DNA of 64,000 nucleotides. Origin: an uncultured Pseudomonadota bacterium. Lineage in GTDB: Bacteria > Pseudomonadota > Alphaproteobacteria > Rhizobiales > Xanthobacteraceae. Numbering within the stretch: position 1 is the first letter of the stretch; each line of letters begins with the position of its first letter. A program made the translations under genes and the position numbers. The stretch lies in the NCBI GenBank assembly GCA_963710705.1, contig CAVQBI010000002.1, forward strand, positions 490,894-554,893, read 5' to 3'. Below are positions 37,607-46,547 of the stretch, piece by piece. Under the pieces are notes generated by a model. The model saw only the letters and a list, made by a program, of their open reading frames with translations. It made no database searches and was not told the DNA's origin.

Positions 37607-38338
37607 ATGGCCGTCATCGATCTCGCCAACCCGACGCGCTTTTTAACGCTGGTCGACCGCGTGCTGCCGTGGCTGGCGGGCGCGACGCTGATCCTATTCG
37701 CGATCGGGCTTTATCGCGCGATGGGCGCGCCCGACGACTACCAGCAGGGCGCGACCGTGAAGATCATGTTTCTGCACGTGCCGGCGGCCTGGCTCGGCAT
37801 GCTGGGCTGGAGCCTGATGAGCGCGGCTGCGCTCGGCACGCTGGTATGGCGGCATCCGCTGGCAGACGTGGCAGGCAAGGCAGCCGCGCCGATCGGCGCG
37901 GCCTTCACCTTCATTTGTCTCGTTACCGGCTCGCTGTGGGGCCGCCCGACCTGGGGCACCTATTGGGTCTGGGACGCGCGGCTCACCTCGGTGCTGGTGC
38001 TGTTCCTGCTCTATCTCGGCGTGCTCGCGCTCTACTGGACCGCGGAGGACCCCGGCCGCGGCTCGCGCGCGGCGGCGGTACTAACGCTGGTCGGCGCGGT
38101 CAACCTGCCGATCATCAAATTCTCGGTCGACTGGTGGAACACGCTGCACCAGCCGGCTTCGATCATGCGCATGGGCGGCTCGGCCATCGACCCGTCGATC
38201 CTCACGCCGCTGCTGATCATGGCAGCGGCGTTCACGCTGCTGTTCTTTACGTTGCATCTGGCGGCGATGCGCAACGAGATTTTGCGGCGGCGCGTGCGGG
38301 CTATGAGACTGATGCAAGCACAGGAAGTGCACGCATGA
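37607..38338 (+). CDS. ccmC: heme exporter / heme-handling protein CcmC
   Basis: It contains the WGxxWxWDxRL tryptophan-rich motif (WGRPTWGTYWVWDARLTS). Confidence 0.95.
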   Translation: MAVIDLANPTRFLTLVDRVLPWLAGATLILFAIGLYRAMGAPDDYQQGATVKIMFLHVPAAWLGMLGWSLMSAAALGTLVWRHPLADVAGKAAAPIGAAFTFICLVTGSLWGRPTWGTYWVWDARLTSVLVLFLLYLGVLALYWTAEDPGRGSRAAAVLTLVGAVNLPIIKFSVDWWNTLHQPASIMRMGGSAIDPSILTPLLIMAAAFTLLFFTLHLAAMRNEILRRRVRAMRLMQAQEVHA

Positions 38339-38505
38339 ATCTCGGACCGCATGCCGATTTCATCGTGGCGGCTTACGGCGTGACCGTGTTCGTGGTCGCC
38401 GCGCTGGTCGGCTGGGTCGTGCTCGATCACTCCGCGCAGCGGCGCATTCTCGGCGACCTCGAGGAGCGCGGCGTGACGCGGCGGTCGCAACGGAGCGTAT
38501 CATGA
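38335..38505 (+). CDS. ccmD: heme exporter protein CcmD
   Basis: The 56-aa single-TM ORF (MNLGPHADFIVAAYGVTVFVVAALVGWVVL...) overlaps the ccmC stop and the ccmG start with ATGA at both junctions. Confidence 0.8.
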   Translation: MNLGPHADFIVAAYGVTVFVVAALVGWVVLDHSAQRRILGDLEERGVTRRSQRSVS

Positions 38506-39092
38506 GCGCAACGCCGGGCGACGCGCCCGCCAAGCGGCGGCCCAATCTCCTCATCCTGCTTCCGCTTATCGTTTTCCTCGCGCTGGCGGGCTTGTTCCTC
38601 TACCGGCTCGGCAGCGGCGACCCTTCGCTATTACCCTCGGCGCTGATCGGACGGCCGGTGCCGCAAACCGAATTGCCGCCGCTGGCGGGCGTCGAGCATG
38701 ACGGCAAGCCGGTGCCTGGGCTCGACAGCAATACGTTCAAGGGCTCCGTGACGCTGGTCAACGTGTGGGCATCATGGTGCGTTCCCTGCCACGACGAGGT
38801 GCCGTTCCTGGCGGAGCTCGGAAAGGACAAGCGCATCCAGCTCGTCAGCATCAATTACAAGGACACGCCCGATAACGCGCGCCGCTTCCTCAACCGCTAC
38901 GGCAACCCGTTCGCCGCCACCGGGTGCGACGAGAGCGGCCGCGCCTCGATCGACTGGGGCGTCTATGGCGTGCCGGAGACTTATCTGGTCGGCCGCGACG
39001 GCCGCATCGCCTACAAGCTGGTCGGCCCGATCACCGCCGACAATCTGCAAAATACCCTCGAGCCGGAAATCGCGAAGGCGCTCAAGCCGTGA
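38502..39092 (+). CDS. ccmG: thiol:disulfide interchange protein CcmG/DsbE
   Basis: It has an N-terminal anchor, then VNVWASWCVPCHDE (CxxC) and ...YGVPETYLV.... Confidence 0.92.
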   Translation: MSATPGDAPAKRRPNLLILLPLIVFLALAGLFLYRLGSGDPSLLPSALIGRPVPQTELPPLAGVEHDGKPVPGLDSNTFKGSVTLVNVWASWCVPCHDEVPFLAELGKDKRIQLVSINYKDTPDNARRFLNRYGNPFAATGCDESGRASIDWGVYGVPETYLVGRDGRIAYKLVGPITADNLQNTLEPEIAKALKP

Positions 39093-39619
39093 AGCCGCTG
39101 CCGCTCGGCAAGGTCTACCAATTGCTCGAGCCGGGACCGGTCGTGATGCTGGCCACCGCGCGCAAGGGCCGCGCCAACGTCATGACCATGTCGTGGCACA
39201 TGATGGTGGAATTCGAGCCGCCGCTGATCGCCTGCGTCTGCAGCGGCGCCAATTACAGCTTCGAGGCGCTGCGCGCGACCGGCGAATGCGTGATCGCGAT
39301 CCCGGCCCGCAGACTGGCGGCGACCGTGGTGAAGGTCGGCAATTCGACCGGGCGCGACATCGACAAGTTCAAGGCATTCAAGCTGACGCCGGTTGCGGCC
39401 GGACAGGTGCAGGCACCGCTAATCGAGGAATGCTTCGCCAATATCGAGTGCAAGGTCGTCGATCGCGCCATGGTCAATCGCTACAATTTATTCATTCTGG
39501 AAGGCGTGCAGGCCTGGATCGATCCGGCGCAGAAGAATCCGAAGACCATCCACCACCACGGCTACGGCAAGTTCGTGGTCGACGGCGCAACCATCAAATT
39601 GAAATCGGCGAAAGCCTAG
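39089..39619 (+). CDS. flavin reductase-family protein
   Basis: A GTG at 39089 overlaps the ccmG TGA. ...PGPVVMLATARKGRANVMTMSWHMMV...IAIP... resembles the flavin reductase-like FMN-binding domain. Its TAG stop (39617-39619) contains the IS target TA. Confidence 0.82.
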   Translation: MKPLPLGKVYQLLEPGPVVMLATARKGRANVMTMSWHMMVEFEPPLIACVCSGANYSFEALRATGECVIAIPARRLAATVVKVGNSTGRDIDKFKAFKLTPVAAGQVQAPLIEECFANIECKVVDRAMVNRYNLFILEGVQAWIDPAQKNPKTIHHHGYGKFVVDGATIKLKSAKA

Positions 39620-39710
39620 AGCACGATAGCATTGGATTGAATCAATTGGGGATTCCCAAATCGGCGCGTTTCTGATTCAAGATGCTGGCTGGAATGGAGG
39701 CCAGCATCTG

Positions 39711-40133
39711 ATGGCCCGAGCCTATTCCTTGGATCTGCGCGAACGCGTGGTTGCGGCGGTGGCGGCTGGCGAGAGCTGCCGGGCGGTTGCGGCCACTTTC
39801 AAGGTCAGTGTCGCCAGCGTGGTGAAGTGGTCGCAACGGTTCCGCGCGACCGGCAGTGCGGCGGCACGACGGATGGGCGGGACGCGGGCCTATGCGCTTG
39901 CCGGGGAGCGCGACTGGCTGCTGGGACGTCTCGCGGAGAAGCCGGATGTGACCTTGCGAGCACTGCTGGCCGAGTTGGCAGAGCGCGGGATCGAGGTGAG
40001 CTACTACGCGGTCTGGCACTTGTTCGAGCGCGAGGGCATCAGCTTCAAAAAAAAGCCTGCACGCCAGCGAGCAGGATCGCCCCGACGTGGCCAGGCGGCG
40101 GGCACAATGGAAACGGTATCAAGGCAGGCTTGA
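39711..40133 (+). CDS. IS630 transposase, N-terminal HTH part (orfA)
   Basis: MARAYSLDLRERVVAAVAAGESCRAVAATFKVSVASVVKWSQRFRATG is the helix-turn-helix region. The frame ends 79 nt after an A8 tract (40047-40054). Confidence 0.85.
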   Translation: MARAYSLDLRERVVAAVAAGESCRAVAATFKVSVASVVKWSQRFRATGSAAARRMGGTRAYALAGERDWLLGRLAEKPDVTLRALLAELAERGIEVSYYAVWHLFEREGISFKKKPARQRAGSPRRGQAAGTMETVSRQA

Positions 40134-40653
40134 CCCGGCCCGCCTCGTCTTCATCGATGAGACCTGGGCCAAGACTAACATGACACGCAGCCATGGCCGC
40201 GCGCGGCGAGGCCAACGGCTGGTGGCCAAGGTCCCGCACGGCCGCTGGCAGACGCTCACCTTCCTGGCCGCGCTGCGCAGCGATCGGATCGATGCCCCTT
40301 GCGTTATCGACGGGCCGATCAACGGCCAAAGCTTCCTGGCCTATGTCGAGCAAATCCTCGTGCCGACACTCAAGCCTGGCGATATCGTGATCATCGACAA
40401 TCTTGGCAGCCACAAAGGAAAGGCTGTGCGCCGGGCCATTCGCGCCACCGGCGCCAAGCTGTTCTTCCTGCCGCCCTACAGTCCCGATCTCAACCCGATC
40501 GAGCAGGTCTTCGCCAAGCTTAAGACACTACTGCGCAAAGCCGCCGAGAGAACCGTCGAGGCCACATGGAAGCGCATCGGCGCCCTGCTCGAATGCTTCA
40601 CGCCACAGGAATGTGCCAGTTACTTCGCCAACGCCGGATACGCTTCAGCGTGA
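40087..40653 (+). CDS. IS630 transposase, DDE catalytic part (orfB, +1 frame relative to orfA)
   Basis: The frame is open back to the A8 tract (..KKSLHASEQDRPDVARRRAQW..). The DDE residues are in FIDETW, IIDNLGSH and PDLNPIE. Confidence 0.85.
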   Translation: MARRRAQWKRYQGRLDPARLVFIDETWAKTNMTRSHGRARRGQRLVAKVPHGRWQTLTFLAALRSDRIDAPCVIDGPINGQSFLAYVEQILVPTLKPGDIVIIDNLGSHKGKAVRRAIRATGAKLFFLPPYSPDLNPIEQVFAKLKTLLRKAAERTVEATWKRIGALLECFTPQECASYFANAGYASA

Positions 40654-40665
40654 GACAATCATGCT

Positions 40666-41229
40666 CTAGGTCTTCGGCTCGGCGTGATATTTGGTGAGCA
40701 GCGGATATTGCAGCGCGCCGAACAGAAACGTCAGCGGCACCACGCCGAACAGTTTGAAGCTCACCCACACGTCGGTCGAGAAATTGCGCCAGACGATTTC
40801 GTTGAGCACCGCGAGCGCGAAGAAGAAGAACGCCCAGCGCCAGGTGAGCTTGCGCCAGCCCTCCTCGGTTAGATCGAACACAGAATCGAACAAGATGCCG
40901 AGAAACGACTTGCCGAAGGCGAGCCCGCCGATGAGCGTGCCGCCGAACAGCACATAGATGATGGTCGGCTTGAGCTTGATGAAGGTGTCGTTGTGCAGGA
41001 AGAGCGTGAGGCCGCCGAAAATGAAAACGATAACCGCGGTGACGAGCGGCATCACCTCGATACGGCGCGTCTTCGCGTAAGCGACGGCAAGCGCGATCAG
41101 CACTGCCGCCATGAAGGCGGCGGTGGCGGTGAAAATGCCGAAGCGGGCATTGATGGCGAAGAACAGCACCAGCGGCCCGATATCGAGCACGAGCTTGAGG
41201 AAGGGATTGAGTTGTTGCTTTTCGGCCAT
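40666..41229 (-). CDS. yciB: intracellular septation protein A (YciB/IspZ)
   Basis: The 187-aa protein has 5 TM segments and begins ...[21 protein letters not shown]... It lies downstream of ftsY. Confidence 0.9.
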   Translation of the reverse strand: MAEKQQLNPFLKLVLDIGPLVLFFAINARFGIFTATAAFMAAVLIALAVAYAKTRRIEVMPLVTAVIVFIFGGLTLFLHNDTFIKLKPTIIYVLFGGTLIGGLAFGKSFLGILFDSVFDLTEEGWRKLTWRWAFFFFALAVLNEIVWRNFSTDVWVSFKLFGVVPLTFLFGALQYPLLTKYHAEPKT

Positions 41230-41230
41230 G

Positions 41231-42163
41231 TTATTCTAGTCCGACGACGGCGCGGGAGAAGTCGCGCGCGGTGAAAGGGGCGAGATCGTCGACGCCTTCG
41301 CCGACGCCGATGAAATGCACCGGCAGCTTGAAGCGCTCGGCGAGCAAAACCAGAATGCCGCCGCGCGCGGTGCCGTCGAGCTTGGTCATGACCAAGCCCG
41401 TGACGCCCGCAATCTTGCCGAAAATCTCGACCTGGCTTAGAGCGTTCTGTCCGACGGTGGCATCGAGTACCAGGAGCACCGCATGCGGCGCGGTCGGCTC
41501 GACCTTGCGGATCACGCGCAGCATCTTTTCCAGTTCGTCCATCAGCTCGGCGCGATTCTGCAAGCGCCCGGCGGTGTCGATGAGCACAACGTCCACGCCC
41601 TGCGCCTTGGCGGCAGTGATGGCGTCGAAGGCCAAGCTCGCCGCATCGCTGCCAGGCGCGCTTGCCTTGACCGCGGCGCCGGTGCGCTCGCCCCATATTT
41701 TGAGCTGATCGATGGCGGCGGCGCGAAAGGTATCGCCGGCGACCAGCATCACCGACTTGCCTTCGGCGCGAAAGCGGGCGGCGAGCTTGCCGATAGTGGT
41801 AGTCTTGCCTGAGCCGTTGACGCCGGCGATGAGGATGACGAAAGGCCGCGCTGTGGTTACTTCGAGCGGCTTGGCGACCGGCGCCAGCACGTTTTCGATT
41901 TCGGCCGCCAGCACCGTCTTGACCTCGTCGGGCGTGATGCCGGCCTTGTAGCTCGAGGAATCGAGCACGGCGACGAGGCGGCTGGCGAGCTCCCCGCCGA
42001 GGTCGGCGCGGATCAGCTCGGCCTCCAGACCCTCGAGCGTCTCGCGCGTCAGCGGCTTGTTGGTCAGCGCCGCGACGATGGACGAGCCGAGCGAGGACGA
42101 GGTGCGCCCGAGCCCGCCGCTCAGGCGATTCCACCAGCTGCCGCTCTGTTCATTGTCCGCCAT
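41231..42163 (-). CDS. ftsY: signal recognition particle receptor FtsY
   Basis: The NG domain has [23 protein letters not shown] and [10 protein letters not shown]. The ATG at 42163 ([14 protein letters not shown]) is preferred. Confidence 0.93.
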   Translation of the reverse strand: MADNEQSGSWWNRLSGGLGRTSSSLGSSIVAALTNKPLTRETLEGLEAELIRADLGGELASRLVAVLDSSSYKAGITPDEVKTVLAAEIENVLAPVAKPLEVTTARPFVILIAGVNGSGKTTTIGKLAARFRAEGKSVMLVAGDTFRAAAIDQLKIWGERTGAAVKASAPGSDAASLAFDAITAAKAQGVDVVLIDTAGRLQNRAELMDELEKMLRVIRKVEPTAPHAVLLVLDATVGQNALSQVEIFGKIAGVTGLVMTKLDGTARGGILVLLAERFKLPVHFIGVGEGVDDLAPFTARDFSRAVVGLE

Positions 42164-42189
42164 GGCGCGCCCGTGATAGCCGTTTCGGC

Positions 42190-42876
42190 ATGACACCGGA
42201 AGAGATGCTTGCCCGCCTGCTCTACCGTGACGGGCTGATGCTGGTGATCGACAAACCGGCGGGCTTTGCCGTACATCGCGGGCCGAAAGGCGGCGAGGCG
42301 CTCGACGCGCATTTCGACGCGCTGCGCTTCGGCCTGCCGCGGTCGCCTGCCCTTGCGCATCGGCTCGACAAGGACACCTCAGGCTGCCTGGTGCTCGGCC
42401 GCCACCGCAAGGCGCTTGCGCTGCTCGGCAAGCTGTTCAAGCAGGGCAAGGTCGGCAAGCTCTATTGGGCGGTCGTCGAGGGTTCGCCCAATGCCGACGA
42501 GGGCCGCATCGACATTGCGCTTTCCAAGCGCGACGAAGCACGCGGCTGGTGGATGAAGCCGAACGCGCACGGCCTACCCTCAGCAACCACATGGAAAGTG
42601 ATGGGGCGCGGGAACGGCGTGACCTGGCTGGCGCTCGAACCGCTCACCGGGCGCACGCATCAACTGCGCGTGCATTGCGCCGAGATGGGCTGGCCAATCG
42701 TCGGCGATACCATCTACGGCGGCGCGCCGCGCCAGGGCGGCCCGCCGCTGCATCTGCATGCGCGCGAAGTGACGGTGCCGATTTTCAAGAACAAGCCGCC
42801 GGTGAAGATCGAGGCGCCAGTGCCGGCACGCATGCGCGAGCTGCTCAAGGCTTGCGGCTGGAAGGAAGGCGCCTAA
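42190..42876 (+). CDS. RluA-family pseudouridine synthase
   Basis: ...LVIDKPAGFAVH...HRLDKDTSGCLVLGR...HQLRVH... are RluA-family catalytic motifs. Confidence 0.88.
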   Translation: MTPEEMLARLLYRDGLMLVIDKPAGFAVHRGPKGGEALDAHFDALRFGLPRSPALAHRLDKDTSGCLVLGRHRKALALLGKLFKQGKVGKLYWAVVEGSPNADEGRIDIALSKRDEARGWWMKPNAHGLPSATTWKVMGRGNGVTWLALEPLTGRTHQLRVHCAEMGWPIVGDTIYGGAPRQGGPPLHLHAREVTVPIFKNKPPVKIEAPVPARMRELLKACGWKEGA

Positions 42877-42964
42877 TCCGCTCATTCCCGCGCCGGCGGG
42901 AATCCAGGGGAGACAAATTCTAAGTTTACTGCTCTGGGTCCCCGCTTTCGCGGGGACGAACGGC
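42877..42964. repeat. paired REP-like hairpin element, family P2, copy D
   Basis: The element reads ccgctcattcccgcgccggcgggaatccag, then ~26 nt, then ctgggtccccgctttcgcggggacgaacgg. It lies between convergent genes. Confidence 0.85.
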
Positions 42965-43582
42965 TTAATAGAGCATCGCCTTGTGGCGCTCCGGCAGTTC
43001 CCGGTCGTATGTCTCGCCGCCGAGCTTGCCCTGGCTCAACTCGGCGATGATGGTGCCGGTCGAAGGCAGGCTCTTGCGCTCGATCTTGCTCGCCTCGTCC
43101 CACAGCTTGGAGCGCATGATCGCTTTCGAGCAGTGGAAGTAGACGCTCTCGACATGCACGATGAGCACACAGCGCGGCAGCTTGCCGTTGACCGCGAAGC
43201 TCTGCATGAGCGCAGGCTCGATCGAAATGCTGGCGCGGCCGTTCACCCGCAGCGTCTCGCCGACGCCGGGGATCAGGAACAGCAAAGCGATGCGGGGATC
43301 GCGCACGATGTTGCGAAAGCCGTCGAGCCGGTTGTTGCCGGGCCGGTCGGGAATGGCAAGCGTCTTGTCGTCGAGGATGCGCGCGAAGCCGGGCGCATCG
43401 CCCTTGGGTGAGCAGTCGAGACCTTCGGGGCCAGAGGTGGCAACGGTCACGAACGGCGCGGCTTCGATCAGCTTGCGGTAATGTGGGGTCACGTGATCGA
43501 TCTCCTTGATCACCGATGCCGGCATCCGCTCGCCGTAGAGCGCTTCGAGCTGCTGCATGGTCGTTATCAGATGATCGCTCAT
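42965..43582 (-). CDS. pyridoxamine 5'-phosphate oxidase-like (PPOX-class) FMN-binding protein
   Basis: The 205-aa ORF has ...PFVTVATSGPEGLDCSPKGD...LRVNGRA..., resembling the split-barrel flavoprotein family. Confidence 0.78.
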   Translation of the reverse strand: MSDHLITTMQQLEALYGERMPASVIKEIDHVTPHYRKLIEAAPFVTVATSGPEGLDCSPKGDAPGFARILDDKTLAIPDRPGNNRLDGFRNIVRDPRIALLFLIPGVGETLRVNGRASISIEPALMQSFAVNGKLPRCVLIVHVESVYFHCSKAIMRSKLWDEASKIERKSLPSTGTIIAELSQGKLGGETYDRELPERHKAMLY

Positions 43583-43591
43583 AGTGCCCCC

Positions 43592-44812
43592 TTAGGCCGC
43601 CAATAATTGCCGCCCGTTATGATCGGCAATGGTGAGATCGAGAAAAATGCCCGGCGCCACCGGCGCATTGAGCAGCACCGGTGTGAATTGTTCGGTGCGG
43701 CCGATGCCGCCGCGTTCGGTCAACACCAGCCGGTGCGCGCCAATCTGTGGATCGAGATGGCCTCTCAGCGCGGCCTCACCCTTCTCGCGCAAGCGACGGG
43801 CGCGGTCCTTGATTGTCACGCGTGGCACCTGTGGCATGCGTGCCGCCGACGTGCCGGGCCGCGGCGAGAACGGGAAGACGTGCAGCGTCGCCAGCCCGCA
43901 TTCGTCCACCAGATCGAGCGAGCGCGCGAACATGGCTTCGCTTTCGGTCGGGAAGCCGGCGATGATGTCTGCACTGAAAGCGACGTCGGGACGCAGGCGG
44001 CGCACCTGATCGCAGAAGGCGATGGCTTGGCTGCGCGAATGGCGGCGCTTCATGCGCTTGAGGATGAGATCGTCGCCGGCCTGCAACGACAGATGCAGAT
44101 GCGGCATGAAACGAGATTCATTGGCGAGCGTGTAGAGCAGATCGGCATCGGCCTCGACCGAGTCGATCGACGACAGGCGCAAGCGCGCGAGCTCGGGCAC
44201 TTGGCGCAGGATGCGCTTCACTAGCGCGCCCAGCCGCGCATCGCCGCTGCGGTAGCTGGTGATATCGACGCCGGTGAGCACCACTTCGCGATAGCTGTTT
44301 TCGACCAGGCGGCGGACTTGCCCCACAACATCGGCCACCGGCAGCGAGCGCGAATTCCCGCGCCCGAACGGAATGATGCAAAAGGTGCAGCGGTGGTCGC
44401 AGCCGTTTTGCACTTGGACAAATGCCCGCGTGTGCCCTTCGACGCTGTCGACGGCGTGCGGCCGCATGTGCGTCACCGCCTTGATGTTGGCGACCGCAAC
44501 TTTCTCGTTGGTCTGCCACAGCCGCGCGTCGAGCTTTTCCTCATTGCCGACGATACGATCGACTTCCGGCATGGCCGCGAACAATTCCGGCTCGACCTGC
44601 GCGGCGCAGCCGGTCACCACGATGCGCGCTGTCGGCCGTTCGCGCTTGATGCTGCGGATGTTTTGCCTGGCTTGGCGCACGGCTTCTGCCGTCACCGCGC
44701 AGGTGTTGATGACCACAGCGTCGGCAACTCCGGCAGCGTCCGCCCCGCGCCGGATCACTTCCAACTCATAGACATTGAGCCGGCAGCCGAAGGTGACGAC
44801 GTCCACGCTCAT
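43592..44812 (-). CDS. mtaB: tRNA methylthiotransferase MtaB (radical SAM, MiaB-like)
   Basis: It has [16 protein letters not shown] (UPF0004 domain) and [11 protein letters not shown] (radical-SAM CxxxCxxC). The ATG at 44812 overlaps the dapF stop (ATGA). Confidence 0.9.
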   Translation of the reverse strand: MSVDVVTFGCRLNVYELEVIRRGADAAGVADAVVINTCAVTAEAVRQARQNIRSIKRERPTARIVVTGCAAQVEPELFAAMPEVDRIVGNEEKLDARLWQTNEKVAVANIKAVTHMRPHAVDSVEGHTRAFVQVQNGCDHRCTFCIIPFGRGNSRSLPVADVVGQVRRLVENSYREVVLTGVDITSYRSGDARLGALVKRILRQVPELARLRLSSIDSVEADADLLYTLANESRFMPHLHLSLQAGDDLILKRMKRRHSRSQAIAFCDQVRRLRPDVAFSADIIAGFPTESEAMFARSLDLVDECGLATLHVFPFSPRPGTSAARMPQVPRVTIKDRARRLREKGEAALRGHLDPQIGAHRLVLTERGGIGRTEQFTPVLLNAPVAPGIFLDLTIADHNGRQLLAA

Positions 44813-45687
44813 GGCACCGCCGCCTTCGCAAACGCCGCGGGGTCGAACTTGCCTGCGAACTCGAACGCCACCGGCCCGGTCATCAGTACGTGGTCGTCGC
44901 TCTCGCGCCATTCGATGGTCAGCTCGCCACCCGGCAGCGTCACTTTCACCTTGCGGTTGGTGCGCTTGAGCCGCGCGGCGGCAACCGCGGCCGCGCAGGC
45001 AGCCGAGCCGCAGGCCTTGGTCAATCCGGCGCCACGCTCCCAGGTGCGAATGACGATGTGCTCGCGCGAGACGATGTGCGCCAAAGTAATATTCGCCCGT
45101 TCAGGGAAGATCGGATGATTTTCCAACAGCGGCCCCAAGCGATGGAGATCATGGGCGTTCACGTCGTCCACCCAGAAGATGGCGTGCGGATTGCCGACGT
45201 TCACCACCGATGGCGAGTGCAGCACCGGCTTGTCGATCGGCCCGATCTGCAATTCGATGGCGCGAGTATCGCGGAATTCCTCCGCCAGCGGGATCTCGTT
45301 CCACTTGAAGCGCGGCGCGCCCATGTCGACGGTGAACAGCCCGTCGTCGCCCTGCCAGCAATTCAAGATGCCGGCGGTGGTCTCGAAGGTGAGCGCCGCC
45401 TTGCCGGTTTCCTTGGCGACGATGTCGGCGACGCAACGCATGCCATTGCCGCAGGCGCCGGCCTCCGAGCCGTCATTGTTGTAGATGCGGACGAAGGCAT
45501 CGGTGCCGGGCGTGCGCGGCGGATAAAGCGCCATCAACTGATCGTAGGGCACGGGCTTGGCGGCGGCGCGCGCTTCCTCCGGCTCGATCTTCGTCCCCTC
45601 GGCCGCGCCCTGGCGCAGATCGACCACGACGATCTCGTTGCCGATGCCGTTCATCTTCACGAATGCGTGGTTGGCGAGCGCGCCCAT
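44809..45687 (-). CDS. dapF: diaminopimelate epimerase
   Basis: It has ...[15 protein letters not shown]..., ...[13 protein letters not shown]... and ...[15 protein letters not shown]..., the two catalytic Cys motifs. Confidence 0.94.
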   Translation of the reverse strand: MGALANHAFVKMNGIGNEIVVVDLRQGAAEGTKIEPEEARAAAKPVPYDQLMALYPPRTPGTDAFVRIYNNDGSEAGACGNGMRCVADIVAKETGKAALTFETTAGILNCWQGDDGLFTVDMGAPRFKWNEIPLAEEFRDTRAIELQIGPIDKPVLHSPSVVNVGNPHAIFWVDDVNAHDLHRLGPLLENHPIFPERANITLAHIVSREHIVIRTWERGAGLTKACGSAACAAAVAAARLKRTNRKVKVTLPGGELTIEWRESDDHVLMTGPVAFEFAGKFDPAAFAKAAVP

Positions 45688-45807
45688 CGTTTTTCGCAAG
45701 CCTGCCTTGCCGGGGTTGTGCCCGGTTTATATGGCGAAGAGACGCGGATTGACCAGTGGCCATGCTAGAATGCGCCTATGCCGGGATGTGCCAAGCAGGG
45801 AGGGACG

Positions 45808-46392
45808 ATGGCACGGCGACGCTTGCTTCCCTTGGCGCTGCTGTTCGTTTTCGCCTTCGCCGCCCGTCCGGCCGCGGCCCAGAATGTGCCGCAGCCCGGC
45901 ATAGACGCGCCGGCGCCGCTCAAGCCGGGCGATGCCTTCGGCGAAGAGGTGACGCTGCCCGAGCGCACCATCATTTACCTGCAAGGCCGCAGCAAATGGG
46001 ACAGCGCGCTCGATACACTGGTCGATGCCTTCAAGACGCTCAACGAATACATGGACAAGCACGAACTCAAGGCGGCCGGCCCGGCCATGACCATCTACAC
46101 GCAGACCGACGATACCGGCTTTGCCTTCCGCGCCGCGGTGCCGATCACCGAAGCGCCCAAGGACCCGCCGCATGGCGATCTCGCGGTCGGCCAAGCGCCC
46201 TCCGGCAAGGCGCTCAAGTTCATCCATCGCGGCTCTTACGATGCCATGGACGAGACCTACGAGGCGATTACCAATTACCTCGACGACAAAGGCATGGACG
46301 CCAAGGACACGTTCATCGAGGAATATACCGGCGGGCCGCTGAAGGCCGGGGACGATAATCTGCTGGTCAGCGTGTTTGTGCCGGTGAAATAG
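45808..46392 (+). CDS. secreted GyrI-like / effector-binding-domain protein (tentative)
   Basis: An ATG at 45808 follows GGAGGG, and there is a signal peptide (MARRRLLPLALLFVFAFAARPAAAQ). The domain assignment comes from the overall pattern only (...KFIHRGSYDAMDETYEAITNYL...). Confidence 0.55.
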   Translation: MARRRLLPLALLFVFAFAARPAAAQNVPQPGIDAPAPLKPGDAFGEEVTLPERTIIYLQGRSKWDSALDTLVDAFKTLNEYMDKHELKAAGPAMTIYTQTDDTGFAFRAAVPITEAPKDPPHGDLAVGQAPSGKALKFIHRGSYDAMDETYEAITNYLDDKGMDAKDTFIEEYTGGPLKAGDDNLLVSVFVPVK

Positions 46393-46547
46393 CCGTTTTC
46401 GGGCGGGTTGACTTGCCCCGGCGCCATCCCTAGGTTCCGCCCGTCTTCGCTTAAGACGTGACGACTGACCCCGCCGCCCGGTCCTTTGAGGCCGGAGGCC
46501 ACCGCCCGACAGCGCAATGCGCCCTCGGGCGCTAAGGTGTTTTTGAG

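Larger units (their letters stand above)
39617..40668 (+). mobile_element. IS630-family insertion sequence (about 1048 bp) with flanking TA duplication
   Basis: The imperfect terminal inverted repeats are GAGCACGATAG and CAATCATGCTC, flanked by TA/TA. Two overlapping transposase ORFs carry a DDE domain (...FIDETW...IIDNLGSHK...LPPYSPDLNPIEQVF). Confidence 0.9.

Noticed and set aside
46393-46547. I considered a 4.5S/SRP RNA gene or sRNA immediately upstream of ffh. The region has a TTGACT-N17-TAGGTT promoter-like site and a gcgccc-tc-gggcgc hairpin before the ATG.
   Set aside because: I do not see the conserved SRP helix-8 sequence (a GUCCGGAAGGAAGCAGC-like motif). The hairpin plus AAGGTG is more simply the ffh 5' leader and RBS. 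A covariance-model scan would settle it.
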